A DNA stretch of 64,000 nucleotides, taken from assembly GCA_035491815.1 (NCBI GenBank), contig DATJKA010000054.1, positions 15,004-79,003 on the forward strand, read 5' to 3'. This DNA is from Gemmatimonadales bacterium. GTDB taxonomy: Bacteria; Gemmatimonadota; Gemmatimonadetes; Gemmatimonadales; GWC2-71-9. Shown here piece after piece: positions 57,890 through 64,000 of this stretch (position 1 is the stretch's first letter; each line of letters starts with the position of its first letter). The notes beneath the pieces were generated by a model. It was given only the letters and a program-made list of their open reading frames with translations. It was not told where the DNA came from and did no database searches. The position numbers and the translations under genes are program-made.

Positions 57890-58282
57890 ATGTCGAGCGG
57901 CGTGCACAGCGATCCGGAGCAATGGAGCGATCCGCGCCATCGCCTGGGCCTCGCGTCCGAAGAGCAGGCGATGCGGTATCTCCAGTCGCGCGGTTGGGAC
58001 ATCGTCGCGCACCGGTTCCGAATCGGTCGAGTCGAGATCGACATCGTCGCGCGACGCGGAGCGCTCGTTGCCTTCGTTGAGGTGAAGGCGCGCCGGGGCG
58101 CGGCGTTTGGCAGTCCGTTCGAAGCGGTTACGGGAGCCAAGCGGCGAGAAATAGTGAAAGCGGCGCGGGGATGGATGGACCGGTTCGGGCAGCGCGGCGA
58201 CGTCTACCGCTTTGACTGTATCGGTATAGTTGACAATGAGTTAGAGCATCTAGAGGACGCGTTTCGTCCTGGATGGCGGTGA
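57890..58282 (+). CDS. yraN: YraN-family (UPF0102) endonuclease-like protein
   Basis: ATG 57890. [35 protein letters not shown]...[10 protein letters not shown]...SPFEAVT..KRREI. Confidence 0.8.
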   Translation: MSSGVHSDPEQWSDPRHRLGLASEEQAMRYLQSRGWDIVAHRFRIGRVEIDIVARRGALVAFVEVKARRGAAFGSPFEAVTGAKRREIVKAARGWMDRFGQRGDVYRFDCIGIVDNELEHLEDAFRPGWR

Positions 58283-58331
58283 CAGCGGTTTCGGTATATA
58301 TTCGGGCCTCAACCCAGGAGGCTCGCCACCC

Positions 58332-59413
<1,082 letters not shown>

Positions 59414-59417
<4 letters not shown>

Positions 59418-60040
59418 TTCTCACGGGACTCGCCCCCGATCCACGACGCCCAGACTATCGGCTGGTCGAAGTGGATCGGGGGCGGTTTGCGTCTCTCCCG
59501 GTGGCGGCGCTCGCGGACCTCGGTCTGGCGGTCGGCAGCGAGATTCCGCGGCCGGTCTTCGAGCGGCTCCAGGAGCTCGCCGATCTCGAGGCGGCACACC
59601 GCGCGGCCCTGCGGGCGCTGGGGCGCCGGGCACATGCGCGTCTCGACCTCCGGCGGCGCTTGCTGCAAAAACAGCATCCCCCTCACGCCGTGGACGGCGC
59701 ACTCGCGCGGCTCAGCTCGGCCGGATTGCTCGACGACATGCGGTTTGCCTTCGATTACGCGGCGTCCAAGGCGCGGCGCGGGCGTGGGCCCGCGCGGCTC
59801 GTGCGCGACCTGCAGGCCCAGGGGGTCGAACGGCGCACCGCAGAGGATGCCGTCCGCCGCTCACTCGCCGCCGAGGGCGTCGATCCACGCGATGCAGTGC
59901 GAGCGTTGGCGCAAAAACGGGCCAAGCAGTTGGCGGGCCTGCCGCCGATCGTGAAAAAGCGGCGGCTCGTCGCATTTCTTGCGAGGCGAGGCTTCAACGG
60001 TGGAGAAATCAGGGAGGTGGTCGAATCCCTTAACTCCTAG
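59414..60040 (+). CDS. recX: RecA regulator RecX
   Basis: GTG 59414 overlaps the recA stop. Three-repeat helical RecX pattern (...[36 protein letters not shown]...). Confidence 0.75.
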
Positions 60041-60059
60041 TTGCACTATATTTTACCGC

Positions 60060-62671
<2,612 letters not shown>

Positions 62672-62675
<4 letters not shown>

Positions 62676-62950
62676 CGCGAGACGACGTGCGCGCGTGGCT
62701 GGATGCCCGCCGACCCGTCCCGCCCGGCGCACTGCGTGAGCGACTGGATCGGGCGGTGAATAACCGGCTCCCGGCTCCGGGCTCCCGGCTCCCAGATTAT
62801 CTCGCCCAGCTTGGCCAGGCGTTGCTTGACACCGTCGCAAGCAGACCGGAGGGCGGACGCGAGCTGGCGCTCGACTTATTGGCGGCCGACGCGTTCGCCA
62901 CGTATGCCTTCGAAGCCCAGGCGGAGGAAGGATCGTTCGATGAGGCTTGA
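62672..62950 (+). CDS. Hypothetical protein (92 aa)
   Basis: ATGA overlap with alaS. The 3' end overlaps the next start by 11 nt. Coding-like composition. No family recognised. Confidence 0.45.
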
Positions 62951-63650
62951 TGGTCAGGGTTTGTTCGTGCTCGTGGATCCCGTGCGGACGACCGAAGCTG
63001 ACGCCGCGCGGATCGGCCGGGAGGCGAAAGCCGCGGGGGTGCGAGGCCTGCTCATCGGCTCGTCGTTCGACGGCGCGGCGCAGACGCACGTCATCGCGCG
63101 GACGCTCCGGCAGAGCGCGCCCGGCGTGCCGCTCGCGCTCTTCCCCGGGTCGGCGATGCAGCTCACCGATCAAGTGGATTTGGTGCTATTCCTGTCGCTC
63201 GTCTCGGGCCGCAATCCGCAATACCTGATCGAAGAGCACGTCCGCGCCGTCCCGTACCTGCAACAGCATCCTGTGCCGACGCTCTCCACCGCGTACATCC
63301 TGATCGACGGCGGGCGGGTCACGAGCGTCGAATCGGTCAGTCAGACGCGGCCATTGCCCGCGGACAAACCGGAGCTCGTCGCCGCGCACGCCACGGCGGC
63401 CCATCTCATCGGGATGCAGGCGATCTACCTGGACGCCGGCAGCGGTGCCGAGCGGGTCGTGGCGCCCGAGCTGATCCGGGCGTGTCGCGTCGCCGTGCCG
63501 GGGCGCCCGCTGTTCGTCGGCGGCGGCATCCGCACACCGGCTCAGGCGAAAGCGGCCCGTCAGGCGGGCGCCGATTTCGTCGTGATCGGCACGGTCATCG
63601 AAGAGGGGGCCAAGGAAAGCCTCGCGGCGTTCGTCGAGGCGGTGCGGTGA
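62940..63650 (+). CDS. Geranylgeranylglyceryl/heptaprenylglyceryl phosphate synthase family protein (PcrB/GGGPS-like)
   Basis: ATG 62940. TIM-barrel prenyltransferase pattern: LLIGSS...LFPGS......D..LFLSLVSGRNPQYLI......YILIDGG...V......IYLDAGSGA......LFVGGGIRTPAQA......ADFVVIGT. Confidence 0.7.
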   Translation: MRLDGQGLFVLVDPVRTTEADAARIGREAKAAGVRGLLIGSSFDGAAQTHVIARTLRQSAPGVPLALFPGSAMQLTDQVDLVLFLSLVSGRNPQYLIEEHVRAVPYLQQHPVPTLSTAYILIDGGRVTSVESVSQTRPLPADKPELVAAHATAAHLIGMQAIYLDAGSGAERVVAPELIRACRVAVPGRPLFVGGGIRTPAQAKAARQAGADFVVIGTVIEEGAKESLAAFVEAVR

Positions 63651-64000
63651 GCGTCGAGAAAATCCGCGCGTCCCTCGGCGGGCTGGCCGGCCTCGCGACC
63701 CGCGTGGCGGACGAGCAGGCGGCCGCGATCGCGGCGATCGCCGACCGCTACGAGCAGACGCTGCGCGGTGGGGGGACGCTGTTCTTCGCCGGCAACGGCG
63801 GCAGCGCGGCCGATGCGCAGCATCTCGCCACCGAATACGTGGTGCGCTATCAGACGAACCGGCCCGCCATGCGCGCGCTCGCGCTGACCACCGACACGTC
63901 GCTCCTGACGGCCTGCGCCAACGACATGGGGTTCGACGAGATCTTCGCCCGGCAAGTCGACGCGCTGGCGGAACCGGGCGACCTGCTGATTCTGCATTCC
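63647..64000 (+). CDS. gmhA: Phosphoheptose isomerase (SIS domain), 5' part; continues past the window edge
   Basis: GTG 63647 overlaps the upstream TGA. My own translation is VSVEKIRASL...TLFFAGNGGSAADAQHLATEYVVRY...ALALTTDTSLLTACANDMGFDEIFARQV..LAEPGDLLILHS. This ORF is absent from the ORF track because it is open-ended. Confidence 0.8.
   Translation, partial: MSVEKIRASLGGLAGLATRVADEQAAAIAAIADRYEQTLRGGGTLFFAGNGGSAADAQHLATEYVVRYQTNRPAMRALALTTDTSLLTACANDMGFDEIFARQVDALAEPGDLLILHS

Overview
High-GC bacterial chromosomal window that is almost entirely coding. No rRNA, CRISPR array, transposase or integrase was recognised. 1-11.5 kb holds housekeeping genes, mostly joined by start/stop overlaps: tatA, a ppiD-like gene, a TPR protein, aroQ, an M24 aminopeptidase, accB-pilT-accC, a comB-like gene and ftsK. 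11.5-53.9 kb is a roughly 42-kb Wzx/Wzy-type exopolysaccharide island and the most interesting part. Its core is a 25-kb, 22-ORF minus-strand operon with no intergenic gap above 31 nt. That operon encodes a bacillosamine-like sugar pathway with a formyltransferase, a PglC-like initiating transferase, a FemAB-like/ATP-grasp fusion, an AsnB-type amidotransferase, a CapK-like adenylating ligase (a second paralogue, 20603-22003, sits just outside the operon elsewhere in the island), glycosyltransferases, a deacetylase, Wzx, Wzy and two P-loop kinase-like proteins. The island also carries two expanded lipoprotein families. One is four right-handed beta-helix proteins. The other is four purple-acid-phosphatase-like metallophosphoesterases with swapped Ig-like N-domains and poly-Pro linkers, two of which have degenerate metal-ligand motifs. 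A 76-aa mini-lipoprotein keeps only the signal peptide and the C-terminal tail of the phosphoesterase family. Other island features are an internally deleted GT4 copy marking a segmental duplication, a degenerate tRNA-Gly-like element, conserved AT-rich leaders upstream of three beta-helix genes, and a regulatory set (RsbW-like kinase coupled to a sigma54 activator with a degenerate receiver, plus a TPR protein). A well-spaced sigma54 promoter candidate lies in front of the Wzc/Wza export genes. 53.9-64 kb holds treZ, a GDE-type debranching enzyme, yraN, recA-recX-alaS, a small ORF, a pcrB/GGGPS-like gene and a partial gmhA. All family calls rest on motif recognition by eye and no database search was run.
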